Shown here piece after piece: positions 16,288 through 30,894 of a stretch of 64,000 nucleotides of DNA. Location: assembly GCF_009914755.1 (NCBI RefSeq), contig NC_060938.1; one strand, given 5' to 3'. The notes under the pieces are model-generated. The model ran no database searches. It was not told where the DNA came from and saw nothing but the letters and a program-made list of their open reading frames with translations. Origin of the DNA: the human T2T-CHM13v2.0 reference genome, Homo sapiens. The first letter of the stretch is position 1, and each line of letters begins with the position of its first letter. A program made the position numbers and the translations under genes.

Positions 16288-17349
16288 TGATTTGATTAAT
16301 TTCAGATTTCAGTGTCTGGAATATTACTAAAATATTATTTCTCTTAACTTGTGACTACATAATCAATACTGTCTATCCCTGATTAAATAAAATATGAGAC
16401 TTACTCTGTTTTATTCTCCAATTGCTCTCTGACCAGAAACCACGAGGAGGGTAGATTGCTCTCATTATTTTTAACCATACTGTTTTTCTCAAGTTTGTTG
16501 ACTGCTTTGTTTTAGGGTTGCAGAAAGAGCTATTTGGATTCCGGAATCCTGAAGTTAACAAAATATATAGGAAATGACTTTCTGAATTTCTAAGAGCTTT
16601 TTTTTTTTTTTTTTGATATTAGCTCTTCACTGGGATGATTAAAGCTGATAATTGGGAACTGCCTTGATACTTTAGTAAGAACATCCTCTTGCCTCACTTA
16701 ACATGAAAGTGGATTTCTTAGCTGTAACTTGAATAGCAGTATTTCTCCTTCCCTTCATTTAGCTAGTCAGGTCTTTGGCATAAGTTTCCTTAGAAGGAAG
16801 GTGGATACTGAAGAGGGGGATGCCTTCTTTCAGATGTTATGAACATCCAGTGGGGATGTGGTTGTGTTGTAAGCCTGAAAATTGTTTACCAGAAGGCTAA
16901 TGTGATTGAATTCTCTATTATCACTTTAAAAAATAATTATGTGGTCAACTGCTATTTGAAAAAAGAAAATATTCTCAAATTAGATTTTTATTCCCATTTA
17001 AAAATAGAACTGTTTCATAATTGCTCAAGAAAAATGAAGCCTTTATGATTTCTTTAGGCATATGCAAAACTAGGGGCAAAAGACTGAGTAGTTTTATGTA
17101 ATTGTGCTCATTTAAAAATAAGTAAAAGTTTAGTAAAATAATATCTAACTTTATTTTAATGTTCTAGACTTTACAGCTTTATAATCCAATTTATAGTGCC
17201 TATGTAGAAATTTGTTTCAGTAATTTTTGGGGGAAAAGTAAAAGTTATTTTGGAGATGGAAGAAGAGAACCCATTCCTTCTTTAGCTGTCCCCTCTTACT
17301 TTTGTGACTTTCTTCTTCCTGAGCCAATTTTTATTTTCCCTTTAGAGAA

Positions 17350-18190
17350 AAGAATGACCTTCAGGTCATCCTTAATTTCTCTTTCTGCCTCATCTCCCAC
17401 CGTGATCAACTGCCTCATAAATATCAAATATCTCTGGGATCCATTCCATTCTTTCCATTCCCACTGCCCAAGTTCAGACTTACATGACCTCTTTTGATGA
17501 CAACTATGACAATTTCCGGGCTCAGCTTCTTCCATCTCAATCCACATTTTCTTTCTTTCTCTCTTTTTTTTTTTTTTTTTGAGATAGAGTCTTGCTCTGT
17601 TGCCCAGGCTGGATTGCAGTGGCGCCATCTTGGCTCACTGCAACCTCTGCCTCCCAGGTCCAAGTGGCAATCTGCATTTTCCATTGGTACCAGAGTTTTT
17701 ATTCAAAAATGCAAAATGCATTTGCTTAAAACACTTCGGCAATTCCATCTCAATTGTGGAATGAAACCCAAACTTAGTTTGGAACATGAGGACCTCTAAG
17801 ATACACCTCCAGTGCTCTTTTCTATCTTTCTCACTGACCACTTCAACCCACATACATTCTGCAATACTGCACTTTTTGTAGTTTTCTGAATACTTGCTTG
17901 TCTTTAAAACCTTTTTGCCTTTTCCTGTTTCTCTGATGTAATGTACTCCATCCTCCATTGTTCCCCTAGCACACTCTTGTTGAGGCATTCCTTCTCTTTG
18001 ATGCCTTCTGATGCTCCCAGCAAAATCAGTCACCCTCTATTGTATTACCTTTGCATATATTGTGTTCTCCCTCTTTTTTGTTACCTTTGTATTTGCTTTT
18101 TGTTTAGAACTGACTACTATTTTATAATTATTCATTTACTCCTCTGTTTTCCTATTTGCCTCTCAGTTTCTTGGAAGTAGAGGCTCCGGC
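17350..18190 (+). mobile_element. L2 relic interrupted by a truncated Alu
   Basis: Pyrimidine-rich L2-like body (atatctctgggatccattccattctttccattcccactgcc...ttgcttaaaacactt). Confidence 0.6.
17552..17667 (-). mobile_element. Severely 5'-truncated Alu (3' part of right arm plus tail)
   Basis: T-tail then gagatagagtcttgctctgttgcccaggctgg...; TSD caatccacattttc (17538) / caatctgcattttc (17668). Confidence 0.9.
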
Positions 18191-18292
18191 CTAGCAGCTA
18201 GCTCCAGACTTATCATGAATTAGGTGGGAATAACTGTAGATTTTTAAGGATATATATTGGCACTCATTTTCTAATAATAAAGCTGCCATTTT

Positions 18293-18979
18293 TGTTCCTG
18301 AAACCAAGCCGGGTCCAGCTGTGTTTTCTCGAGGCCCAATAATGAGAAGCTGACAACTAGGAAAGAAGGGAATTTATTGCTGTAACCGGATACAGGGAGA
18401 AGGCCAGAGATAATTCCACAAGACCAACTCAAAGTATTACAATTTTCTTAGAGCTTATATAGGCTGGGGTTATGTGCCTACATGCAGTATAGCATTCGCC
18501 TAAGTCTACTGGTAACTAATTTTGTTTCAATTAGAAGGTCAAAGGCAAAAAATGCTTGCTAAGTCCAGTTAAGCCCCAGTACCTTCAAGGCCTGTCTACT
18601 ATGGTACCAGAGTGATTATTTCTATTTTATCTCCTTTACAGCTTGGTCTGAAGAGCTGCCTTAGACTCTCCAATGAGTCTATTCAAACGGCTGCTTCTGT
18701 TACCTTGACTTGCCTCAGATTTCATCGACCTGGGAAGGGTCCTGGCACTAGGAATGGAAGACTGTCTCTATTATTTTGGCTTGTTTCAGGTTAGGGAGAA
18801 GCCCCTGCAAGGCTCCTACTGACCATATGTTTCGTTTCTAGATTTGATGTCTGGGCACTGATTTCCCTAGGTTTAACTATTTGCTCAATGTTAAGGCAGG
18901 GCTGTGGAAATATGTCTGTGTAACTGGAGTGCTATGTAAGCGTGTCTGTGTGATTGTCAGGGAGAATTGGCCTGCCACA
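18293..18979 (-). mobile_element. ERV solo LTR (possibly MER39-like; name uncertain) inserted in a MIR
   Basis: TG...CA termini (tgttcctgaa ... cctgccaca); TSD atttt at 18288-18292 and 18980-18984; antisense polyA signal tttatt near 18373. Confidence 0.75.
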
Positions 18980-19220
18980 ATTTTTTTCTCCAGTGTCAGA
19001 TACTGTGCTGGGTTCTTTAAATTTTTTTGTTTCTAATCTGTAGAACAAATACTTGCAGAAAAAGCTAAAACACTTGCATTTAACAAATGAAAACATTGAA
19101 GCTTGAAGCTAAATTATTAAGTAACTTTCCTAAAATTATACTGTTATTAAGGGGGCAGGGCCAGAAAAATCTAAGTTAAATTCATTTGATTTCCAAATCC
19201 ATGTTTTCTCTATATCATGG
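18980..19220 (-). mobile_element. MIR (continues from 18270-18292)
   Basis: gtgtcagatactgtgctgggttcttta...atttaacaaatgaaaacattgaagct...aagtaactttcctaaaattata. Confidence 0.6.
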
Positions 19221-19334
19221 TTCCTTCCCCGCTCCTTGGTGTTGATGAACTAGGAATATAAATCATTTTGAGTCCTAGTTCTTTATGTGTAACAACACAC
19301 TGTGTAAATGTGCAACATTGAGTATCGTATACTA

Positions 19335-19872
19335 TACATATTTGTAATCTATTGGTGTGTTACAGATTAATTCCAAATTCAATCTTATCTTACAATCCTG
19401 AAAGTTGGGAATCTGGGCACAGTTTAGTGGGTGCTTGAGGCCTCTCGTAAGATTTCAGTCCAACTGTTGGCCAGGCTGCCGGCTCACTGCCAAGCTCACT
19501 CATGTGATTGTTGGCAGGATTCAGTTCTCATAGGCTTTTGGATTGAGGGCCTCAGTTCCTCACTGGCTGTTGGCTGGAGGCCTCTTTCAATTCCCTGCCA
19601 ATTGAGTCTCTCTCTAGGACAGCCCTCATCATACAGCTGGTTTCCCTCAAAATGAGCGAGAGAGGAAGAGTGAGAACCCATGACAGAAGCCACAGTCTTT
19701 ATAATGTAATCTTGGAAGTGACATTGCATTACTGCTGAATGGAATCCATATTCTATTCATTAGAAGTCAGTCAGTAGTTCAGGCCACAGTCAAAGGGAGG
19801 GGATTACAGAGGGATGTTAGTGCTAAGACATGGGGATCATTGGGACTTATCTTAGAGGCTGCCAACCGCACA
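19335..19872 (-). mobile_element. MaLR solo LTR (MLT1E/F/G-like)
   Basis: ggaatctgggcacagtttag...gcaggattcagttctc...gagggcctcagttcctcactggctgttggc...cttagaggctgccaaccgca. Confidence 0.75.
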
Positions 19873-20457
19873 AGCAAATGAAAGCGTTCACTCTTAAGGG
19901 CAGAAGACTATATCATAGAAAGATGTATTCAAAGCTTTTCTAGAATAATGCAATGTTGGCTTTATCATGTTATATGTAGGACAGCTGCACATATATATAT
20001 ATATTTTTAAAAATTTCTGTTAAAACTTTTTAATATGGCTATATTCTGCATGTGGTAAAATTATAGCAATAGACCTACTTTTATATGCACTGTTATCTAT
20101 ATGAGATAATCAGACAGTTCTATCTCTCTTCTAATGCTCACTTAAAACACAAAAGATGTTGATGAGCAAATGCAGTGGAGTGGCCCAAATGTACTGTCTT
20201 TAGGGATTTTATTTTTTTAAGTTAGACATACCATTAAAAGGCTGGGTGCATCTAGAGAATTACAATTAGCGATCAGGAAGTTGTAGAATAATTTTGTAGA
20301 TTTTAAAATGAGGACTACACACTGAATATATCATCTGTATAACTTTATAGTACTACCTGATATATTTTGGCAGTTATTGATGAAGTCTAAAATTTTAATC
20401 ACTGATAAATATATTTTATAGGTTTATAAGGAACACAGGGACAGATGAATTATTCTT

Positions 20458-20690
20458 ACAGGAGTTTGAGACCAGCCTGGCCAACATGGTGAAACCCTGT
20501 CTCTACTAAAAATACAAAAATGAGCCAGGCATGGTAGCACATGCCTGTAATCTCAGCTACTCAGGAGGCTGAGGCAGGAGGATCACTTGAACTTGGGAGG
20601 CAGAGGTTGCAGTAAGCCAAGATCACGCCACTGCACTCCAGCCTGGGTGACAGAGCTAGACTCTGTCTCAAAAAAAAAAAGGAAAGAAAA
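20458..20690 (+). mobile_element. 5'-truncated AluS
   Basis: caggagtttgagaccagcctggccaacatggtgaaacc through the A-tail. Confidence 0.92.
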
Positions 20691-20809
20691 TTAAATTATT
20701 TTAAAGCTGGTGATTCAAAGTAATAAATAGTTGGATCCAATATATTTTTCCCTGAAGTTTTACCTTTATTTTAGAAATGTGAGCTTAAAGGAGGAAAACA
20801 AGAAGAGAG

Positions 20810-21030
20810 AGGCATGTAGTGTAGTGGTTAGAAACATAGATGCAGGAGTTTGCAGCCTAGGTTTCATACTTTTGTCATGTGGCTTTGAGTGAGTTACTAA
20901 ATTTCTTTGTGCCTCATCTTAAAATGGGAATAACTGTATATGGTTGTTATGATTAAATTTATTCATATGTCAAATATGCTTAGAAGAGTGCCTTGTATAT
21001 TATAAGCCTAATGTAACTATTTTTGCTGCT
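20810..21030 (+). mobile_element. MIR
   Basis: gtgtagtggttagaa...ctttgagtgagttactaaatttctttgtgcctcatcttaaaatgggaataa core. Confidence 0.8.
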
Positions 21031-21472
21031 GCTGCTGATTACTGTTATGTTCTATTGTTCTATATACCCCTAGCAGACTATAGTATCCATTCATCCTTAG
21101 CAGTTTGTCTGCCAAGTAATATTTTCTTCTTGGTTCACACTAGAGACCTAGATTACCTCAGGGATGAACATATTTAACTCAAAATGCCTTTGATAATAAT
21201 GCTAAGTACTAAAATTACCCAAATTGTAATTTTTAGAGTGATAAATGTCAGCTTAAAATGTTATTCATTTTATTGTTTATTTAGTATGAACTTTGCATAT
21301 GTAGGTTGTAGAGGTTCATTTATAACATCTGATAACTTCCAGCAAATCAAAGGACCTGATTCAATGGTAAAATACTTTGAATAAGGAACTCTAGATTTTT
21401 AGTATGCTGAACATTTTTAAGCTCCTAATTTAGAAAAATTAGAACAGCTGTCCTCAACATTGGATTTGTGGG

Positions 21473-21857
21473 TGTATAGTTTTCTAGACCTGCTGTAAGA
21501 AAATACTAGAGGCTGGGTGGCATAAACAACAGAAATTAATTTTCTCATAGTTCTGGAGGCTAAAAGTCCAAGATCAAGGTGTTGCCAGGTTTAGTTTTCC
21601 TGAGGCCTGTCTCCTTAGCTTGCAGTTGGCTGCCTTCTTATGGTGTCCTCACGTGGCCTTTCCTCATGTGCTTCCCTGGTGTCTCTTCCTCTTAAAAGGA
21701 CATCAGTCATATCATATTAGGGACCCCACCCTAAAGGCCTCATTTTAACTTAACCACTTTTAAAAAGACTATCTTCAAATATGGTTACATTCTGAGGTAC
21801 TGGGGGGTTGGGATTACAACATATGAATTTTAGGGGGATGCAGTTCAAGTCATAAAA
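21473..21857 (-). mobile_element. MaLR solo LTR (MLT1A/A0-like)
   Basis: ctgggtggcataaacaacagaaattaattttctcatagttctggaggctaaaagtccaagatcaagg...catatgaattttaggggga. Confidence 0.88.
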
Positions 21858-22094
21858 GTGAGTGTACCATCAAGAAGTAAAGTCTCAAAAATGACTGCTG
21901 TTTAAAACATAAATTTTACAGTCAGAACATTAATTTGCTACCAAGAAAGACTTAATGAAATAATCACTTTAAATAGCTAATTTCACCATATTCATAAAAT
22001 TTAAATAACATTTTATATACTAGTCATATAAAGAAAGTTAATAGTAATTCATTATTTTATTTTCCAAGTATTTATTGTACACCTTCTATGAGTC

Positions 22095-25000
22095 AGTCTG
22101 AAGATCTTTCTTAAGCATTTCTTGTAATTCAGGTCTGCTAGCAACAAACTCTCTTAGTTTTTGTGTATGACACAGCTTTTATTTCACCTTCATTTTTAAA
22201 AAATAGTTTTACTGGATATAGGATTCTTGATTGACAGATTATTTTTAATTTCAGTATTTTGCATCATTCCACTGCCTTCTGTCCTAATTGTTTATGATGC
22301 AAAGTCAGCTGTTAATCTCACTGTGACCTCCTTGAATGTAATGAGTCATTTTTCTCTTGTGATTTTTAAGACTTTCTCTTTGTTTTTGTCTTTTAACGTT
22401 TTGCTATGATATGTCTGAGGGTGGATATTTTTGTGTTTATCCTGCTTGGAGTTTGTTGACTATCTTGGTTGTGGAAATTTGTGTTTTTCATCAAATTTGA
22501 TAAGTTTTTAGCCATATTTCTTTGAATTTTTTTCTGTTCTTTCTCTCTCTCCTCTCTTTCTGGTTCTTCCAGTGTGCGTTTGTTGGTGGGCTTAATGGTA
22601 TTCCACATTTCTCTTAGGCTTTGTTCATTTTCCTTCATTTTTTTTTCTGTCATAATATTTCCAGAGTGTATAATTTCTATTAATCTGTCTTCAAATTTAC
22701 AGATTATTTTATCTCTCAACTTAAATTTACTTTTGGGCCCCTCTAGTTAATTTTTTATTTCAGTAGTTTTCAACTCTAGAATTTCCATTAAAAATAATTT
22801 CTGTCTGTTTGTTGGTATTATCTATTTGATGAATCACTGTCATTATACATTAAAAAATCCTTTGAACATGGTTTCCTTTAGTTCTTTTCACATATTTATA
22901 ATGGGTGCTTTAGAAATATTTGCCTGCTAAGTCCAATATCTGGGCCCTTCAAAGACAGTTTCTGTTGCCTCCAATTTTTTTTGGTTTGGTCACACTTTTT
23001 CTCTTTCTTTGCATGTGCCATAATTTTTTCTTGAAAAATTGGACATTTAAGATACTGTATTGTGACAACTCTGGATACTATCTCTCTCTTTTATTTTCTA
23101 AGAATTATTTTGGTTGTTTCTTTGGTCATTTATTTGCTTGGTGACTTCTCTGGACTAGTTTTATGATGCATATTTTCTTTGCAGCATGAAGTTTCTAATG
23201 TTACTGTTCAGATTTTTGTTTGGTTTTTATCTTTTAGTGTGCCTCTTTAGGGGATGCCTTTGTCTCTTTATAAAACACTAGCCAAAGACATGTGTGTGGC
23301 TACTAAAACAGTGCAGGTACTTTACAATTTGGTCCTGCATTCAGCCATTGACTAGTAGCTTAGAGGTTCTGTCTGTGGTTGCTTCTGAGAGGGCACAGCC
23401 TTTGGCAGGCACAGTTTTTCAAATCACCAGGGATGAGTGTGATTATATTTTTCAGTTTGATTTCCTAGGAGTCACCACTAAGTCGGTATAACTTATTGTT
23501 CAGTAAGTGTTTGATCAGAGTTGTACTTAAGCCCTGTGAGCAAGTAAGGATTCTGTATTATATTGACGGATCTATGTGTGTTGTTTGTGAAATTCTTTCA
23601 AGTGTTCCCCATATCCTACTCCGATTAGTACTGAGTGGGTGCAGCCTAATACATGTGAACAGACTTCTGGATCTCCAGGGGTGAGTGCGATCCCAAAAAG
23701 GCTCTTGGCTGTCTCTTTTCCTGGTTCTCTCTGTTAAATTTTTGGCTAATTTGCCATTTCATTTGTTGCTACTGATATCACAGAGCTCCCCACCTTAACT
23801 GTTAATCACCAAAATCTCCATTGTTCCTGGGAGTGCCTTTAGGAATGAATTTCTCCAGGCTTTTTCCAAATAAAGTCATTCCTCTCAGTCAGAGCTTCAG
23901 AGCTCTTCATTCTTTTTTTTTTTTTTTTGAGATGTTAGAAATCTCTACACTTTATTTTTTTTTATTATTATACTTTAAGTTTTAGGGTACATGTACACAA
24001 TGTGCAGGTTAGGTGATTTCTCAGGGATCTAGAACTAGAAATACCATTTGACCCAGCCATCCCATTACTGGGTATATACCCAAAGGACTATAAATCATGC
24101 TGCTATAAAGACACATGCACACGTATGTTTATTGTGGCACTATTCACAATAGCAAAGACTTGGAACCAACCCAAATGTCCAACAATGCTAGACTGGATTA
24201 AGAAAATGTGGCACATATACACCATGGAATACTATGCAGCCATAAAAAATGATGAGTTCATGTCCTTTGTAGGGACATGGATGAAATTGGAAATCATCAT
24301 TCTCAGTAAACTATCGCAAAAACAAAAAACCAAACACCGCGTAGTCTCACTCATAGGTGGGAATTGAACAATGAGATCACATGGACACAGGAAGGGGAAC
24401 ATCACACTCTGGGGACTGTTGTGGGGTGGGGGAGGGGGGAGGGATAGCATTGGGAGATATACCTAATGCTAGATGACGAGTTAATGGGTGCAGTGCACCA
24501 GCATGGCACGTGTATACAGAGCTCTTCATTCTTACAACCTGCCTTCCCCCTTGAGCAGAGACTTTGTGCCACTGAACTGAAGCTGGAGGTATGGACATTG
24601 ACTTGCTTCTCCCAAGTGACATCCTTGCTATACGAGTGGGCACTGGTGGCAGCCCCTGATTTCCTTGGCTTGTCCTTGTGAGGTGGGGAAGGGGAAGGAG
24701 TGGTGCTAGTATTACCAGCCTGTGATGCTTGGAGTAGAGCCGTTGCCCTGTGAGTGGTAGCTGAGTGGGGGAAGGGAGTCCCAATCTTTTCAGCCATTCC
24801 CCCAAGAATTGTGCTTCTATACACAGGAATGGGGATGGGGAGAAGAGATGCTGGCAGGATGAAATGATAGTCCTAGGAGCTTGGCAGAGCTGGTGAGGAC
24901 TGTTTTTTTTTTTTTTGTTGTTGTTGTTGTTTTTTTGCCATACCCACCTGGATTAGAGCACCCGGGTTATCTATCGCATAAAGCTGGGGGTGTATGGGAT

Positions 25001-25212
25001 CAGCTGCCACAGACTTTCACTGTTCTTACTGAGATTTAGGAGAATTTCCTAAATAAAAGTTTTTTTTTTTTCATTTTCTGTGTGCCCTTAGGACAATTTT
25101 CAGAGAGTTTAAATCTGTGTGTGTTCTATTTTTAGTAACTTTAACTAGTTAAATGGTTATCTTCCTGGGATGAGGGTGCAGTAGAATCTTCACATCACCT
25201 TTCTGAAATTCT
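22095..25212 (-). mobile_element. Old L1M 5' portion (5'UTR plus ORF1), interrupted by a young L1PA
   Basis: ORF 22393-22719 (ENEQSLREMWNTIK...QQTPSRINTK...RHII) is L1 ORF1-like; no ORF2 or 3' end is attached; right boundary approximate. Confidence 0.75.
23915..24516 (-). mobile_element. Short L1PA2-4-like insertion with a 5' inversion and a 22-bp 3' transduction
   Basis: Perfect TSD cagagctcttcattctt at 23898-23914 and 24517-24533; minus 3' end 23951-24012; inverted plus segment 24013-24516. Confidence 0.96.
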
Positions 25213-26048
25213 CTCCAGAGACTACACTGATTGTTTCAGCTAGACTCCATATCATTAATTCCCATTGCCTTGAGTGGGGATAGCTTTTGGGGAAATATTA
25301 TGCTCCAGTGACCCTATTGAAACAGATGCAATAACATTTTAACACAAGATAATTCTAGGAGTTGCAAATCGTTCTATTTGCATGTACAGTTAAAAGAAAG
25401 TAAAAGACTTGCATAGTTTAGAAATAAGTACAAAACTATTTTAGCTTTTAAAATATTTATAGAATAATTATTAAGATAATTGTTTTGAGTATAGAATATA
25501 TTTTCCATAAATAATGATCCCTTACTATACTGTTGTACTATAAAATGAGATATTTTGAAATTTGTTTATTTTCATATTTAGTTTATTCTGAACTGCTCTG
25601 TTGCCATGTCAATTGATTTTTGGGTAAGACAGTTTAATCTTTGTTTCTTAAATTCACAAAAACTATTTTCCCACAGAATCCCAACCCCACACTTTTTTAT
25701 TTTTTAGAGAGATTATTTTGGTCCAGACAACAGGCTACCAACTAGGCTTGCTGTTTGTGTGTGTGTGTGCATGTGCACACATGTGTGATGAGGAGGCCAT
25801 GGGAAATGGTCTCTCCTCCAGGCTTATCAGGAACGGGACACCTGTTTGGAAATAGGTTGTGTGTATTACTTGGAACACAATTATAGATGCATTGAAAGCC
25901 AGGAAAGAAGTCAGATTATAGGGTATGATCCACTGGAATTAGTAAACCACAAATAGTTACTGATTGTCACTGTTTCCCACTGCCAAAGGTCAAAGGTCAT
26001 TGTGTGATTATGCTATAATGTTGTATTTGCTACTAACCTTAAGGTAAT

Positions 26049-26512
26049 TGTTATGGGTTGAATTGTGTTCCCCAGAAAAAGGATATGTTGGAGCCGTAGC
26101 CTCTAGTACCTCAGAATGTAACCTTATTTGGAGGTAGGGCCTTTATAAAGCTAATCAAGTTAAAATGAGGTCATTAAATTGGGCCCTAATCTACTATGAC
26201 TGGTGTTCTTATAAAAAGGGGAAATTTGGACGTAGGTAAACATATACATAGGAAAACAACATGTGAACATGAAAGCAGAGATTAGAGTGATGTGCCTGTA
26301 AGCCAAGGGCCACCAAACATTGCCAGCAAACCACCAGTAGCTAGGAGAGAGGGATGGAACAGATTCTTTCTCACTGTCCTCGGAAGAAACCAACCCTGCT
26401 GACATGTTGATCTTGCAGTCCTAGCTTCCAGAAATGGGAGAGAATCTATTTCTATTGTTTAAGCCACCCATTTTGTGGTGTTTTGTTACAGCAGCCCCAG
26501 GAAACTTATGTA
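26049..26512 (+). mobile_element. MaLR solo LTR (MLT1B/C-like)
   Basis: tgttatgggttgaattgtgttcccc ... gttacagcagccccaggaaacttatgta; TSD gtaat/gtaac. Confidence 0.9.
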
Positions 26513-27539
26513 GTAACTTCTCATATTATGTTGCATAATTTTAAAAAATCTTTTAAAATAAGTATTATGTGCTACATCCATTACTATAAATACATTCTGG
26601 GTTATAGGTTATGTTATTGCTTGTTGATACTTGACAGTCTTCCCTAATATCTAAAATTTCTTTGCCCTTCCCTTACTAAAATGTCTTAACACTAATAGTG
26701 TTGGCATGAAGATATGTAAGTTTGTTGGGACAATATTTGGTGCCATGAATATTTTGATAACTGTGTGACATCTTTTAGAGTCACCATCATCTTTTCTTTC
26801 AGGAAATGTTTAGGTAGGACTTAAAACACCCTTATAATTGAGAAAAGGACAATTTTGGAAGATAAATTATTGTGGCCAAACAAGAAAGACCAGCAACTTC
26901 AACATAGCTAGTTCTATTTTCATTTTAATTTTTAAATTTTTTTGTTTTTTGTTCTCTTACAAGGATTTTATGGGTCAAGTTAGGCTTTTTTTTTTTTTAG
27001 AAATTATTTTGCAACTTGGATCACTATCACTTTAATTCAATTTTTGGCTAACTCAAATTTGCTGAGCAAGAGAATACAGTTATTTGTGCACGCAGTAGTA
27101 AGGGAAAGAAAATGAATGACTTGTAACAGATCTGTGCTTACAAATGTCAAAGTTGTCAATGAGTCACTGACTTTAAAAGGTCATACCATTTTATGCTTCT
27201 ACCTCTTAAACTTAGTAATAAAGACAGGATATGTGCTATACTTCCTACTCTTAATGCATTTGTATCCCAATTTTCCATGTCAAAGTATGGCTTTACCACC
27301 TGCCACTGTTTTTATATGATTCCTTCCAAGTCAAGGCTTTCCTCTCCTCTGAGATGTTTATTAATCTTCAAGAGGTGCTGTCACTAAGGCCTCAGACTGT
27401 GGAATTTTTAATAATATTTGGCTAATAGTGATACGTGTGATTGATTTGGACAGCCCCTCAATCTCTGAAATAAAATTGGGTAAGAATTATATGAACTCTA
27501 GGATCATTGTTAAAATTCTGGTCAGCACAATTTAGTAAG

Positions 27540-28290
<751 letters not shown>

Positions 28291-28327
28291 CTTATTTATT
28301 TTTATTTTATCCTCCCTGGGTTACTCC

Positions 28328-29032
28328 TTATTTATTTATTTATTTATGTATTTATTTATTTTTATTATACTTTAAGTTCTGGGGTACATGTGCAGAACGT
28401 ACAGTTTTGTTACATAAGTATACTTGTGCTATGGTAGTTTGCTGCACCCATCAACCCATCGCCTACATTAGGTATTTCTCCGAATGCTATCCCTGCCCTA
28501 GCCTCCTACCCCCAACAGACCTCTGTGTGTGATATTCCCCTCCCTGTGTCCATGTGTTCTCATTGTTCAACATCCATTTATGAGTGAGAAGATGCAGTGT
28601 TTGGTTTTCTGTTCCTGTGTTAGTTTGCTGAGAATGATGGTTTCCAGCTTCATCCATGTCCCTGCAAAGGACATTAACTCATCCTTTTTTATGGCTACAT
28701 AGTATTCCATGATGTATATGTGCCACATTTTCTTTATCCACTCTATCATTGATGGACATTTGGATTTTTGAAGTTATGAATAGTGCTGCAATAAACATAC
28801 ATGTGCATGTGTCTTTATAGTAGAATGATTTACAATCCTTTGGGTATATACCCAGTAATGGGATGGCTGGGTAAAATGGTATTTCTGGTTCTAGATCCTT
28901 GAGGAATCACCACACTGTCTTCCACAATGGTTGAGCTAATTTACACTCCCACCAACAGTGTAAAAGCATTCCTATTTCTCCACATCCTCTCCAGCATCTG
29001 TTGTCTCCTGACTTTTTAATGATCGCCATTCT
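28328..29032 (-). mobile_element. 5'-truncated L1PA7/8-like 3' end with (TTTA)n tail
   Basis: ttattatactttaagttctggggtacatgtgcagaacgt...; ORF 28567-28749 is the ORF2 C-terminus; no clear TSD. Confidence 0.92.
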
Positions 29033-30120
29033 CGTCTTTCATAGTCCTTCAGTTTTAAGACTAGCTATGGGAGTTTGCCTTCCATTATTTTCTTGATTGT
29101 TTTTCCTTCTCTATTCCTTGTGATCATTTCTTACGGAGCTTTGACAGATGAAGGCTGGATCATCTGGGTTCATCCTCCATCTGCCTTCTGTTTTCTAGGA
29201 CTTCTTTGTTATATCTGATATGCTGATGGCACTTGTTCTTATTCTCTATACATGTGAAGTTTTTTCTTTATAAAATATAAAATATTGAAAAAATTCTAGG
29301 TATATTTTAGGTGGAAATAGGAATCGGGCATATTTTTGATCTGCCTTCTTGTATTACTTTTATAAACAGAATCATAAATTTAAATTATAGGAATAAAGTG
29401 CTTTTATTGTGATATCACCTATTTCTACTATCACGTCTGGGATGGTCACTTATAGAGCTCATCTAAGATGACTATTACACTGTAAAATTTTATCTTAAGA
29501 AACTTTTCCTTCATAGGTAGAGTTTCCTTTGGAAGAATAAAGGGGCAAAAACTGACCACTTTAAAAGTTAGTACTTTGTCTAGAGCTGATGGAAGATTTG
29601 AAAATCACATTCAAAGGCTTTCACCTTGAGCTGCTTTTACCCTTGCTACCTGAAGATGACATTTTTACACCAGGAAACAATTTTTATTTCTATTTTTTAT
29701 CCATCAGAGTTAGCCACTCTAGTCTCCTAAGCCCTAAGGTATAATATTAACAGACTCTATTCTATCAGCAACTTTGAGATTTCTGATTTATCCCTGTCCT
29801 TAAAGGGTTATTAGTCTTTCAAATATTTACCAGTGTGATAGATCTTAAATGATTTCATATTGTTTTGAGTTTCATTTCCCAAATTACTAGTGAAGTTGAA
29901 GATTATTTTTATGTTTATTATCTAGTTGAGTTTCCTCTTCTGTGAATTACCTATGCATTCCTGTAGTCTGTTTTCTACTGGATCATCTTTTTTGTCGATT
30001 CATAAACATTTTATATACATATGTATATAATAAAATTAATACTGTATTATTTCTTTGTTAGTTTTATGTATTACAACTATCTTCTACAAGCCTAAAGCTT
30101 GCCTTTTAAAAGTTTGTTTA

Positions 30121-30318
<198 letters not shown>

Positions 30319-30790
30319 TTATTATATCCTTTATCACACAATGTTGTTTCATTTTAATATACTCCCAATTCGTCAGTCTTTTTTTTTATGGTTTATTTTT
30401 TTATTTTATGTTTTTTATTTTATGTTTATTTATTTTATGGTTTATTCTTTTTGTCTTTTCTTATCTCAGTGGCATGATGATATTTTTCTATATTTCTTGT
30501 GTTAGACGTTTGCATTTCATCACCAATTGCCCCAGCAGTGCTTATCAAATAGTTCATTCTTTTCTCACTTATTTAGGAAAGAATGTAATACCATTTCTAC
30601 CGTAAACCATCATATATGGGTTCTTCTGAATAGTAATGATCCACTATTATAATCACTATGGTTGTATAGTTTTGATGGATGTTAGGGCAAGTCTGGATTG
30701 CTGGCCAGGTAAATTTCTACCCCCACTCCCTTTTTCTTTTTCAAAATTGTCCTGGAAATTTCTTGACTGTGTACTTAAAAGTGAATTTTA

Positions 30791-30894
30791 AGCTAGGCAC
30801 TGTGGCATGCATCTGTAAATGCACCCGTAATCCCAGCTACTTGAGCCAGGAGTTTGAGACCAGCCTAGGCAACACAACAAGACCTTGTCCCAAA
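30791..30894 (+). mobile_element. FLAM/Alu monomer with internal deletion
   Basis: gctaggcactgtggc...taatcccagctacttgagccaggagtttgagaccagcctaggcaac; TSD aaaag(t/a)gaatttta at 30777 and 30895. Confidence 0.8.

Noticed and set aside
24411-24443. G-quadruplex-like G tracts (also 61011-61042)
   Set aside because: A standard feature of L1PA 3'UTRs.
25757-25788. Alternating purine-pyrimidine tract with Z-DNA potential
   Set aside because: A short, common (TG)n-derived microsatellite with nothing pointing to function.
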